From: Naegleria gruberi
Lineage: Eukaryota
Assembly (NCBI GenBank): GCA_000004985.1
Contig: GG738848.1
DNA length: 64,000 nucleotides
Direction: 5' to 3' (one strand)
Part shown: positions 40,455 through 50,780 of the stretch, piece by piece
Layout of the letters: each line of letters opens with the position of its first letter
Position numbering within the stretch: position 1 is the stretch's first letter
Translations under genes and position numbers: made by a program
The notes under the pieces: model-generated
What the model saw: the letters and a program-made list of their open reading frames with translations, nothing else
Database searches by the model: none
What the model was told of the DNA's origin: nothing

Positions 40455-43012
40455 TTACTCCATACCAAGTGTTGGTTGGTTACTTTGCTTTTGCATAATC
40501 TTTTTCCATTTTCTGTTTGTGTGATCCATATGGAAGAATATTTGTCTCTTTTCGTCATTGCCATATTCTTCGTGAATAAGAACTTTGTCTTCAAGAAGGC
40601 CATCATCAGGAACACGACCAGTAAGAAATTGGAAAATCTTAGTTCTAGTTTCCTCAGTCACACGATTACAATCTTTCAAAATATTTGTGTTCAAATAAAG
40701 TTCAACTCTTTGTCTTCTTTCTTCATCATTTGCTTGAGGTTGTTGTGGAGGTTGTTGAGTTGGTTGTGGCTGTTGTTGTACTTGAGTATTTTCGAATGGT
40801 TGTTGATAATTTGGTGGATATTGTGGTTGTCTCATTTGATTTGGATTAGCTTGAGGCCTACTCATCATCATCATTTGATTATTCAATCCATTCATAGTGT
40901 TATTATCAGGTTGTTGGTGGAATCCCATCATGTTAGGGAATGCAGGGTTACCAATGGAAGGTAATAAATTGTTGGTTGGAGGTCGAGCATTAGATGGTTG
41001 AGAAGAATTAATACCTAGTAATTGAGTAAAGCTTTCTTGTCCCTTTCCAATACCACCAGGTAATACTCCTGGAGGAGCCATTAATCCAGGTTGTTGACTT
41101 GTGGGTTGAGAAGGATTTTGTTGATTGGCAAAGAATGGATTTGTCAACAAGCCAGACATGTTGGAATATTGATTTTGAGGGAAGTGTGAAAATCCTCCAG
41201 GAGTACCAGGATTAAACATTGGAGTAAGATAAGGTGCAGTATGATTCATGAGTGTTGTACTGAATAATGCTTGTTGATGAGGGTTAGTAGGATTGGCATG
41301 CATTGGTTGATTAATATTAGGATCTTGAGCTTGTGGCATCATATTATCAGCACCTTGTGGCATACCTTGTTGAGCATTAGCAGGATTGTTCTTTCTTCTC
41401 TTTCTACCAGGACCTGCACCATTTGCTAATTGAGCTTGTTGTGCAGCAACCTTTCTTTCTTCGGCCTGTTTCTTCTTAGCTTCTTCCTTTGCTTTCTTCT
41501 TCTCGATTTTTTCTTTTTCCTTCTTTTCCTTCATCTCAATCTTTTCAATCTTCTTTCTTTCTTTTTCTTGAACCTTTTGTTCATCTGTCATTTGTTTGGT
41601 GGAGGTTCTCTTCTTTTCATTTAATTGTTGTTCTTTCATTCTTTGAAGAGCAACAGAGTCATCTAGAAAAACTGATCTCGATGTGGAAGCTGACGAAACA
41701 GGAGTAGAAATGAGTTGTGTACCATGAGTAGGAGGATTTTTGATAAGGGTTGTCTTAGGTGTGGAAGGTAGATTGTTAATTTTCTTGATACCAGTGAGTT
41801 TGTTCTTATTTAACATAGTTGCACTTGTTGGTGTGTGGGTATTAGAATTGTATGTTTGTGGTCTAGTTGGAGTAAGTTTTTTAAGAGGAGAAAGTTTAAC
41901 TCCAACATTCTTCTTAGCAGACTCACTCTCCAATTCATCAAGAACAGAAAGCGGTTCAATTAAATTTTTACAAGCAGATGGTCTTAGGTTGAAATGTTTG
42001 TTAGAAACTAAACTACATGAGTGAGAACTGTACAAGGATCGGCCATTAGCCATCTCTTCCAAGTAGTGTTTCTTTTCGTTGAATTCTTTTGTGAGTTGTT
42101 CATTGCCCTCAGAGGAAACGTTCAAATATTTGAAAACGTTTGGTTTAAGAGTAGCAAAAGGAGATTGGGAGTTTTTAGAATCATCGTTCATCATATGAGC
42201 ATCATTATCTTCATCCTTTAGTGATAAATTACGGAAATACTTGATAGCTTGTTGGAAATATCGTTGAGGAGAATCTTCTTGCTCAATAGGGGCACTAATA
42301 GCCAATTCATTCAGGATACTAGTTTGAATATCAGTTCTAATACATGAATGTTCTGGGAATAAGTACAGTATTTCTGCCATCATTCTAACCCAATCATCTT
42401 CTCCATGGGTACTCTCGATAATATTCTGTATTTGTGCAATAATGATAATAACGAAAGTTGTTGGTTTTGTAGTGTGATGGTTTGAAGGGAGTGATGGGAG
42501 TAAAATGCATTTCGTAAAATAAGCAAGCCAACACCCAAAAAAAATAATAGAAGGGTTCAAAAAGTAGTTAGTTTGGTATGAAGGTTAATTGCATTCGGTT
42601 TGCTTTCAAAACTTACCTTGAATAATGTACAAAAGTGAGATGCCAATGTAGGAGACATTTGCTTCTTCTTTACAGAAAGGCAACACATTATGAATCGAAG
42701 TTTTATCAGTGGAGAGTTTGAAACACCCAAATTATAAAAATTTTCATAGTTATGATGAGTAGAGTCTGTCAAGAACAACTCTAGTGTTTCTTCATTGATT
42801 TGGGATGCGATACGATCCGAACTCCAGTCTGTATTCAGCTTGGAACATAACCACAATTCAATTTCTGGTAATTCTTTCTTGTGTTTTATACCACCATATG
42901 CTGAGGATGTATTTGTGTAGGAACCATCATGATGATGATCATCTATTATTGCGTCGTGATGAGAGCCGTTATAGTCATCTTGGTGGTGATAGGGTGAGGG
43001 TGTATCAATCAT
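40455..43012 (-). CDS. Q/N/P-rich nuclear-type protein with K/E-rich charged coiled-coil block. Two exons: 42627-43012, 40455-42425
   Basis: In-frame join …HFCTLFK|NIIESTHGEDDW… using minus-strand GTAAGT donor (plus 42621-42626) and …ATACAG acceptor. Conserved globular N-terminal ~200 aa. Charged block KEKERKKIEKIEMKEKKEKEKIEKKKAKEEAKKK. Long P/Q/N tail. Confidence 0.55.
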
Positions 43013-43285
43013 ATTTTTTTTTATATTTATTATTAGATAAAATATTTTTTAAAAAAAAACGGATTGTAAAAAAACCTAACGTTTGTCATATCTGTCTTGC
43101 TGCTCCTCTGAAAAGCCACTTCAAGCCTATTGCTAACTTGAGGAAGGAAGCTTGATTTTCATCTTGATTAATAGTAGTCAATAATAATTTATGTGATTGG
43201 CGGAAGAAGATATATAGCTACTCTGCATTGAAGCTTTTGAGAGAAGAATTTTAATAGTTTGGTTTCGATATATTGCATCATCGTG

Positions 43286-44116
43286 ATGATTTTAGGAAAA
43301 GTATTCGATCCAGACTTTGTTGTACACTCTATTAGTTACGAGAATGGAGGAAATAGTAATACTATGGTAAATAGGAATACAGTATTTTCATCCATTCTTC
43401 AACTTGGTGGGAAAGTAAAACAAGAAATGATGACAAGTATTAATAGTGGTGATTCTAAAGGAACAAACAAGGAACCTGTTCTTCCTTCACTACAATATTT
43501 GCAAACAAACCCTCTAGTGACTGGCAACTATAAGGAGACAATCAATAATAGGGAAGAATCTACAAGAGAAATTGCTTCCTCGGAAAATAGTGATGGCTCA
43601 CTCCTTCCCAAATTTCTAATAATTACCCACAAATTGAATCCTATTTCTATTGAGGATTTTATTGAATCTCTTAGTGGATGTATAAAAAGAATGTATGATA
43701 TTCAAAAGGAACAATTTCAGAATTTGAAGCAAAATATTCCTCATTATCACATTATTGATGGATTCACAATAGAAGGTGTTATTGCTTTACCAGAAGATAG
43801 ACAGAGTTCAGTATTTGTTCCATTTGCTGGAAATCGTGTGCATTTCAATGAAGATATGTTCTTTAGGTTGGTGGATGGATTATCAGAAGGTGTTAGTGAT
43901 GACTTGTTGCCTTCTCAGGTTGTAACTTGGCTCAATAATTCAATGTTGCCTTATTTTACAGATCCACAAAGAAAATTCCATTTTTTTGCTTTTGTACAGA
44001 CGCATGGTCATTCATCTATGCTGAAATCTGACACGTCCAGCGCGTTTGTAAAGAACCAGAGCCCGTTGAACAAGTTATGCACACAATTGGGTTTTCACAG
44101 GACTTCTAAATTGTGA
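43286..44116 (+). CDS. Hypothetical protein (about 276 aa)
   Basis: Continuous ORF with coding codon usage. The first ATG is at 43286; the ORF track begins at a TTG at 43259. No family recognised. Confidence 0.45.
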   Translation: MILGKVFDPDFVVHSISYENGGNSNTMVNRNTVFSSILQLGGKVKQEMMTSINSGDSKGTNKEPVLPSLQYLQTNPLVTGNYKETINNREESTREIASSENSDGSLLPKFLIITHKLNPISIEDFIESLSGCIKRMYDIQKEQFQNLKQNIPHYHIIDGFTIEGVIALPEDRQSSVFVPFAGNRVHFNEDMFFRLVDGLSEGVSDDLLPSQVVTWLNNSMLPYFTDPQRKFHFFAFVQTHGHSSMLKSDTSSAFVKNQSPLNKLCTQLGFHRTSKL

Positions 44117-44152
44117 TCACGTTTCAAAAAGACACAACAACACAAAAAAACA

Positions 44153-46225
44153 ATGAAACCTATGTTACTGCAAATCTGGTTGGTCGTTTCATATATTATT
44201 CTAATCAACCATGTTCATGTATCAACATGCTCACCTTCATATAGTTTAGATTTTATTTATTCAAAGAACTTTACAATACCGTCATTTGCGAAGGGGAAAG
44301 AGATCGATATAGCTAACATTAAAGAAGGAGATGTACTATCATATGGGTATTCCTTTTCTTTTTTATTGGTTAGAGAGGAAACCTTTCTTCATCTTAAGAT
44401 TACTACATTCAAGGATTTTATCACATACAACTACAACCAAACAATTGGAGTTGCAAGTGAGATGGTCCCATATTGGGAGGAAGTGCTTAAATTTTATTCA
44501 GTAGCTTCGATCAATTGGAAAACTTTTGAATACTATAATTCATTCTGTGCTCCAAATAACCCTTTCAACGAATATGACATTATCTTCACAAATAGGGAAG
44601 TATTCTTTGCAGCACATTTCTATGGCTCTGAACATTTGTTTAAATTTCTACCAATTAGAGCAATCCCTCTCTCCTTAAGATCTCAAGAAGCCTTTCCAGC
44701 ATCGTTTGCATATGCAATATCATTTGACAAACAGACGGATTTTATGAGCACAAATATTTACATGTACTTTAGATATGGAAATTTATCTGCAGATGATATT
44801 TCTTTTATCAAATTTTACTCTGGAGTTGAGAATGTTGTTGTGGACTATAACAGCTTTAAATCAATGATTGATAATGCTAGTAATCTGTACCATATTGATC
44901 TTGAAAACATTAAGCCAACATCAAGTGACTACTTTGATAACCTCAAAACTTACTATTTAAGTCCATATTTTGTAGACATGGATTACTGGCATATTCCCTG
45001 CATAGTATTAATCATATTATACTTTCTATTTCTATTTATTTCAAGACTGTTCTTGAAACCATCGATGAAAATTAGATTAATTATACCATATTTTCCTATT
45101 TTGATATTTATTCAGGAGATAGGAGGCTCTAACTATATATTCTATTATTGTTCAGAGTGGATTGGATATTTGAGAAGTTTTATTTTCTGTTTTGTTTGTT
45201 TTTCATATGGATTTACTGTGGTAAGAATATACTATCTCAGGAACATCTATTCTATTATGTATAACAACGAAAGTATAGACGAAAACAGAATTAAACGAAT
45301 GAAATTGTTAACTACTAAGAAGTTTGCTCTAGTTGCTATCCCTTTAGTTTCATTTATTCTATCATTTTTGCTAACCCTACAATGTGTAGCCTTATTTTTT
45401 GACATTGGATACAAAACAAGATTCTTAATTACAAATATTAGTTTTCCAATTTATCCAATAATTGGTGCTTTGATTGGTTTGTTTGCAATAATTGTAGACA
45501 TTAAAATGAATTGGAAACAAATTAGAGAAAATGGGGTTAAAAAGTTTCTACTTTGGGATGATGTGTATAATATTCGGATAGATTTAATGTTAATGTCAAT
45601 TTTATTGGTTTTGGTGATATCCATTGTGATTCTGTTTGCATTAGATGTTTACAATCATTCCATCAAAGTTTTGCTTTGGTTGTCGTATCTTGTTTTCACA
45701 TTAATTTGTGGTGGTAGTACTTTTATTAAGGAGCTAGTGATAGCCATACGAAAGGATAGAAGTCCAAAATCAGAATTAGAAAAGCTTTTAGAAAATCATT
45801 CATTCAGACAATTATTCAAAGAGTATAGCACAAAGGAATTATCACTTGAAAATTTTATGTTTTATGAAAAGTTGAGAGAATTGGTATCAAAATATGGAAT
45901 GAATGGTTTTATTCCACATGAAACTCTTCAACAAGTTGAAAACCAATTCTTTAAACAAGACTCTCCCTATGAATTGAATATACCATCCAGAACTAGAAAA
46001 CTCTTTTATGCCTTATTTGAAAATTATGAAAAACCAGATTCATCAAGTGCAGAATTAATTGAATATGCTAATACTACAAAAGTATCAGATTTATACACAA
46101 TTATTTACAATGATTTACTTACTAACATGTCTGATACTCAAAGTAGACTTATTGAAACTGATGTTTTTCAAAATTGGTATGCTGTATTTACTATTCAAAG
46201 AAAACAATCAGTGATTATTGTATAA
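44153..46225 (+). CDS. 7TM receptor-like protein with C-terminal RGS domain (AtRGS1 / fungal class VI GprK-like architecture) and about 280-aa N-terminal ectodomain
   Basis: Signal peptide. Cys/aromatic-rich ectodomain. Seven hydrophobic helices across 44990-45740. RGS box FRQLFKEYSTKELSLENFMFYEKLREL…LFYALFENY…FQNWY. Confidence 0.72.
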   Translation: MKPMLLQIWLVVSYIILINHVHVSTCSPSYSLDFIYSKNFTIPSFAKGKEIDIANIKEGDVLSYGYSFSFLLVREETFLHLKITTFKDFITYNYNQTIGVASEMVPYWEEVLKFYSVASINWKTFEYYNSFCAPNNPFNEYDIIFTNREVFFAAHFYGSEHLFKFLPIRAIPLSLRSQEAFPASFAYAISFDKQTDFMSTNIYMYFRYGNLSADDISFIKFYSGVENVVVDYNSFKSMIDNASNLYHIDLENIKPTSSDYFDNLKTYYLSPYFVDMDYWHIPCIVLIILYFLFLFISRLFLKPSMKIRLIIPYFPILIFIQEIGGSNYIFYYCSEWIGYLRSFIFCFVCFSYGFTVVRIYYLRNIYSIMYNNESIDENRIKRMKLLTTKKFALVAIPLVSFILSFLLTLQCVALFFDIGYKTRFLITNISFPIYPIIGALIGLFAIIVDIKMNWKQIRENGVKKFLLWDDVYNIRIDLMLMSILLVLVISIVILFALDVYNHSIKVLLWLSYLVFTLICGGSTFIKELVIAIRKDRSPKSELEKLLENHSFRQLFKEYSTKELSLENFMFYEKLRELVSKYGMNGFIPHETLQQVENQFFKQDSPYELNIPSRTRKLFYALFENYEKPDSSSAELIEYANTTKVSDLYTIIYNDLLTNMSDTQSRLIETDVFQNWYAVFTIQRKQSVIIV

Positions 46226-46357
46226 TATATGTATTATTTAAATTTGATTACCAAATATGGACCTCAATTATCTATTAACAATTATTAACAACAATGTAAA
46301 TAAATGTAATAAGAAATTAATAATAGATAATTTTGGATAATTTAATTATTAAAAAAA

Positions 46358-47325
46358 ATGAGTTTATTGGAGGTGATCAATCACCCACTCGTCAAGTCGG
46401 GTCACTCTGTTTTAAAGAACGCTTTTGATACATATCAATCTTTGGATGCTACTCTTGTATTTAACTTATTCTTTTTAAGTCATGCTTTTATTGTTGCCTT
46501 GATGGTCAAGAGATGTTTTGAAGGCTTGATCGCTAAAGGAAAAGTCAAGGAAATTCCTTTTGTTGCCGGAATGTTGTTGTGCTTTGCTGTTGGTACTGGT
46601 GGAGCTATTTTAACTTCTCTCCTCTTAGGAAAAACACAAATCTTCTTTGATAATGATATTATTAATTTATATTTAATTTGGTAGGTTGATGATTGTGATT
46701 ATTTACAAACAAAATAAGTGCTTGGATCATTACAATTTATGCACCATTTAACCTTGTTGATATCCTTTTGGGTAATGCCCTAGTTCAACTTTTTACTTTT
46801 GCTGCTGAAGGATTCTTTGTTGGTGGATTTTGTATTGGTGGAGTTAATAGAGGTGCTGCTGAATATCCACAATCACACTTTGCACCAATTATTCTTGGTT
46901 CTATTGCTTGTGTTGGAGGTGCTATTTTGAGACCATTCTTTGTCAATCTCTATGTTGGTGAAAGTGTTGAAGGAAGTGTTTTGAGCTCACCAAATTTCAC
47001 TCTTAAGGCTCCAATTTTGATAAGTGCTTTCCTCTATGTCACCAAGTTTATTCTCAAATTGGATGTTATTGAAATTCCATTGTCTTCTATTCCAGTTAAG
47101 GAAATTTCTGGACAAGTCATTGCATTCACACCTGAACAACTTGTTAAGGCATACTTTGTTTTGCACTTTATCATTATTTATTATATTTCACATCCATTCT
47201 TCCAAAAGGCTCCAAAGGTTGTAAAGAAGACATCTGTTGCTACTGTTACCACAACAAGTGTTGAACAACCATCATCAGCTGATAAATCTTCCAATAAGAA
47301 AAAGGAAACTAAGAAGAATAAGTAA
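46358..47325 (+). CDS. Polytopic membrane protein, possibly TRIC/TMEM38-like cation channel. Two exons: 46358-46680, 46719-47325
   Basis: Gly-rich intramembrane motifs FAVGTGGAIL and FCIGGVNRGAAE in two halves. Phase-2 GTAGGT…AATAAG 38-nt intron. K-rich C-terminus. Family assignment is tentative. Confidence 0.45.
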
Positions 47326-47347
47326 ATTCTCTAAACTTTTAAAAAAA

Positions 47348-48400
47348 ATGGAGTTGAATCAATTAACGTATTTTTTAATGATCATTTTCATGGTTGTTTT
47401 TAGTTTTAGTGTTTTTTATCATTCTAAACCAATCGGAACCTCCAATTCAATAACATTTAATGTTACAGATTCTATCGGAAATATTAAACAATTAACCAAG
47501 ACAGTTTGTGATTATGGAAATAGAATACCAAGTGTTTCTACTGGATATTATCAAACACAAGAATATATTAAATCTACAATTGAAAATTATACAAAATATT
47601 ATACGATCAGTTTTGATAATTTTACTGCTACAACACCAATATTTGGAGATTTGAAAATGTCAAATATTATTTTTGATTTTACTCCTTCTTCTGATTTGGA
47701 AAGTGAAAATAGAAAGAGAATTGTTCTTGCTTGTCATTATGAAAGTAAATATTTCAAAGGAAATACTTTTGTTGGAGCAACTGATTCTGTAGTTCCATTG
47801 GCCATGATTTTAAATTTTATGGTTGAATTTGAACATTATTATAATGAAACAATTAATTCAGGAAATAAGTTGAATTATGATTTACAAAGTGAGTAGCAGT
47901 ATTATTTGGAATTTTGGATTTATATTTCAATAGTTGTTTTATTTGATGGAGAGGAAGCTTTTGAAAATTGGAGTAATGATGATTCCTTATATGGAGCTAG
48001 ACATTTGGCTAATTTATGGTCCTCTCAAAACAAATTATCATCCATTAAATATTTAATGCTCTTAGATTTAATTGGAACTGCTGATGTCAAATTTAAGAAT
48101 TTCTATATTCACAAGAGTGGAGGAACAAGTTCTCTATTTTCAAGAATGACCACCATCGAAAAAACTAAATATGGATCTGCAAAGTTTTTCAATGATGGTA
48201 TCTCATATTCTGGAATTGATGATGACCACAGACCATTTATGGAGAAGGGTGTGCCAATTATTCACTTGATTAGTGAACCATTCCCGTCTGTTTGGCACAC
48301 TTTGAGAGATGATTTTGATCATTTGGATTGGAAATCTAATGAAAGAATTTATGATGTAATTGCTTCGTTCTTGAAAGAGCAACTTATTGTGAGAAAGTAG
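47348..48400 (+). CDS. Glutaminyl-peptide cyclotransferase (M28-family glutaminyl cyclase). Two exons: 47348-47888, 47934-48400
   Basis: N-terminal signal anchor. Zn-binding scaffold …VLFDGEEAF…GARHLA…HTLRDD… Phase-1 intron aa|GTGAGT…CAATAG|tt (45 nt). Confidence 0.78.
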
Positions 48401-48432
48401 AATGTCATTACTGTAGTGAACTAATAAATTAT

Positions 48433-50514
48433 TTATTTTCTATTTGATAGGATTTTCTTTACAGTTTTGTTATCTGAACTCAAAACGAGATCAGGAGCAA
48501 TGTTCAGAACAATATCACCAGTAATTCCTTGTTTTACAATATAATTCTCTTGCGCTAATTTTTCAGTACTATCTGCAATTTCAGTAAAGTTACTTCTGAA
48601 ATCGTCATCAAGTATCTCTTCATATTTTCTTCTAAATTCCTCAGAGGTTATTTCTCCATTAAACTTTTCCTTCTCAGATGCAACACAGCAAAGTATGACA
48701 AGTACTTCAATTGTTGTCTGACCTAATCCTTTTAGTATATCCAATTTTCTGCTAAATTGTGTATTTACAAGTTTTATCAGCTTACTTGTATCCAAGGTAT
48801 GAGCAATTGGAATCAAGTGAGTTTCCACAAATGATTTAATTTGTCTCATATCATGTTTGTTCTTTAAGAGACCCATCATTTTCTGAATCATATCTGCTGA
48901 AATCTTGTGCTTGTATTCATGAACAAGGATTGAGGTAATATCATCCTGTTCATACTGATTAAATGCCAAAAAGTTAATACCTGGATTCTTTGGTGGATCG
49001 TTGGTGATGGCCAATATTATTACTTTAGCCACTCGAATTTGTTCCAGATATTTGTTATGCTTGCTATATGAAAATTCATCAAGTAAGATGAGTGCTGGTG
49101 TGTGCTTCTTATTGAAATACTCCAATAACTTGGTGATTCTCTCTTGCTTCTTTGTTGAATCTGTTGATCGAGTGTAAACTTTTTCATAGAGCCTATATAT
49201 CAAATCAGATGCTTTTTCTGAACCAGCTAAATTCAATTGATACTTTTCCAAACAAGATGCATCAAATACTGAAGTTGTTACCATTGTTTTTCCTTGACCA
49301 TTAGTTCCGTAAATAAAAAGCACATTCTTTTGGGGATTAAAATCTTCATAACAGTTTTGGATAAAGTTAATTATTGTATCACATTCCTGCTTTCTTGAGA
49401 ATACTTCAACGTTTTGATTAAAGATTTTTGGTGATGATTTTTGTTTCTTTAGAGAAGATTCAAAAGGATGTTTCTCTTGTTCTTCTTCTCTTTCTGTGAC
49501 TGGAAGCTTAGCAATTGTCTTTCTTCTTGCTTGTCTTTGTTTTTTTGGAACTATTTCAATCTCGTCTTCAGATAGTAATGGTTCTTCAGTTTTCACAACC
49601 AAATCTTGTGAATCCTCAACTGGTTCAATTTTGACTTTTTGTCTGCGTCCTTGCCTAGATTTAACAGGAACAGGTTCTAATACTTCTTCTTGTGGTTGTT
49701 GCTGTATCTCATTAACAATAGGCACACTAGTTGAGGGTGAAACAATTTCTTGTGAATCTTCGGCTACTGTTGGAGGTACTGTTTCGTCTTTCGTTTCTGG
49801 AGTGATGCTAATAGTAGGTCGGGCTTGCCTCTTCTTTGTTCTAGTTTTAACAGATGCATGAATTACAGGGGATTGAATGTTGTTGGTAGTAGTATTCGAA
49901 TTGGATTGTTGTGATGAACTAGTTTCTTGAATTGGAGATTGTCTAACTAGATGAGTTTGAGGAGGGGAAAGAGGTGAAATTGATGGAGGCATCATTGGAA
50001 TTGAATGTTGACTATTGCTGTATGGACTTTGTGATAATGAGCTTTCGACTGGCATATTTCTCATTGGTGTTGAAAAGCTTCTAGAGGTTGTTGGACTGAA
50101 AAAGTATTCTCTTGTTTGATTAACAGATGTAATATATTGATCTCGATCCATAAGATCGATTTCTCTTTGTTCTGGTGGTAGTAATAAGAGTTTCTTCCAC
50201 AGCAGTCTATATTGAGTATTAGAGGTAATTTTAATGTCCTTGTTTGTTTTAATATCGTGAAAAACAATCACAAATTTACTCCTATCAACATTAGGATCAT
50301 CTATCACTTCCGACATTAAAAATTGTCTTGTTGATTCAATATCGGAATTTTCTTGTAATAGAGTTGTAGTTACACCATAATTTAAACACGATAGAGTGAC
50401 TTCCATTTCATCGGTAACACTATCATCAATCATGGAATGATCGGACAGAAGTGATGAGGAGAAAGAAGAGGTTTGTCTCCTTGTTGATGTATCTGTGATG
50501 TGTTGTTGACTCAT
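48433..50514 (-). CDS. Cdc6/Orc1-family AAA+ replication-initiation ATPase-like protein (693 aa)
   Basis: Walker A YGTNGQGKTMV and Walker B ILLDEFSY. Many S/T-P sites in the N-terminal half. C-terminal winged-helix-like region. Confidence 0.62.
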   Translation of the reverse strand: MSQQHITDTSTRRQTSSFSSSLLSDHSMIDDSVTDEMEVTLSCLNYGVTTTLLQENSDIESTRQFLMSEVIDDPNVDRSKFVIVFHDIKTNKDIKITSNTQYRLLWKKLLLLPPEQREIDLMDRDQYITSVNQTREYFFSPTTSRSFSTPMRNMPVESSLSQSPYSNSQHSIPMMPPSISPLSPPQTHLVRQSPIQETSSSQQSNSNTTTNNIQSPVIHASVKTRTKKRQARPTISITPETKDETVPPTVAEDSQEIVSPSTSVPIVNEIQQQPQEEVLEPVPVKSRQGRRQKVKIEPVEDSQDLVVKTEEPLLSEDEIEIVPKKQRQARRKTIAKLPVTEREEEQEKHPFESSLKKQKSSPKIFNQNVEVFSRKQECDTIINFIQNCYEDFNPQKNVLFIYGTNGQGKTMVTTSVFDASCLEKYQLNLAGSEKASDLIYRLYEKVYTRSTDSTKKQERITKLLEYFNKKHTPALILLDEFSYSKHNKYLEQIRVAKVIILAITNDPPKNPGINFLAFNQYEQDDITSILVHEYKHKISADMIQKMMGLLKNKHDMRQIKSFVETHLIPIAHTLDTSKLIKLVNTQFSRKLDILKGLGQTTIEVLVILCCVASEKEKFNGEITSEEFRRKYEEILDDDFRSNFTEIADSTEKLAQENYIVKQGITGDIVLNIAPDLVLSSDNKTVKKILSNRK

Positions 50515-50780
50515 TTTTTTGATTGTTTAAAAATTTAACGGACTCGAGAAAGAAAAAGGCGCCAAAAAACAGTTTGATTTTATTGGCAATGATAACAATA
50601 TTAATATTTCAACTAAGAATCAATATTACTATTGAACAACAGTATTGTACTTGCGAGAGTTGATGAAGGTTCCTTACAATTCATTTTTTATTAAAACAAT
50701 ATAAACGGAAAGAAGGCTGTAACAAGGGCGCTAACAAAGGTCGCTTCATCTTAAAAAAACGCACACTTTCATTCACCAAC

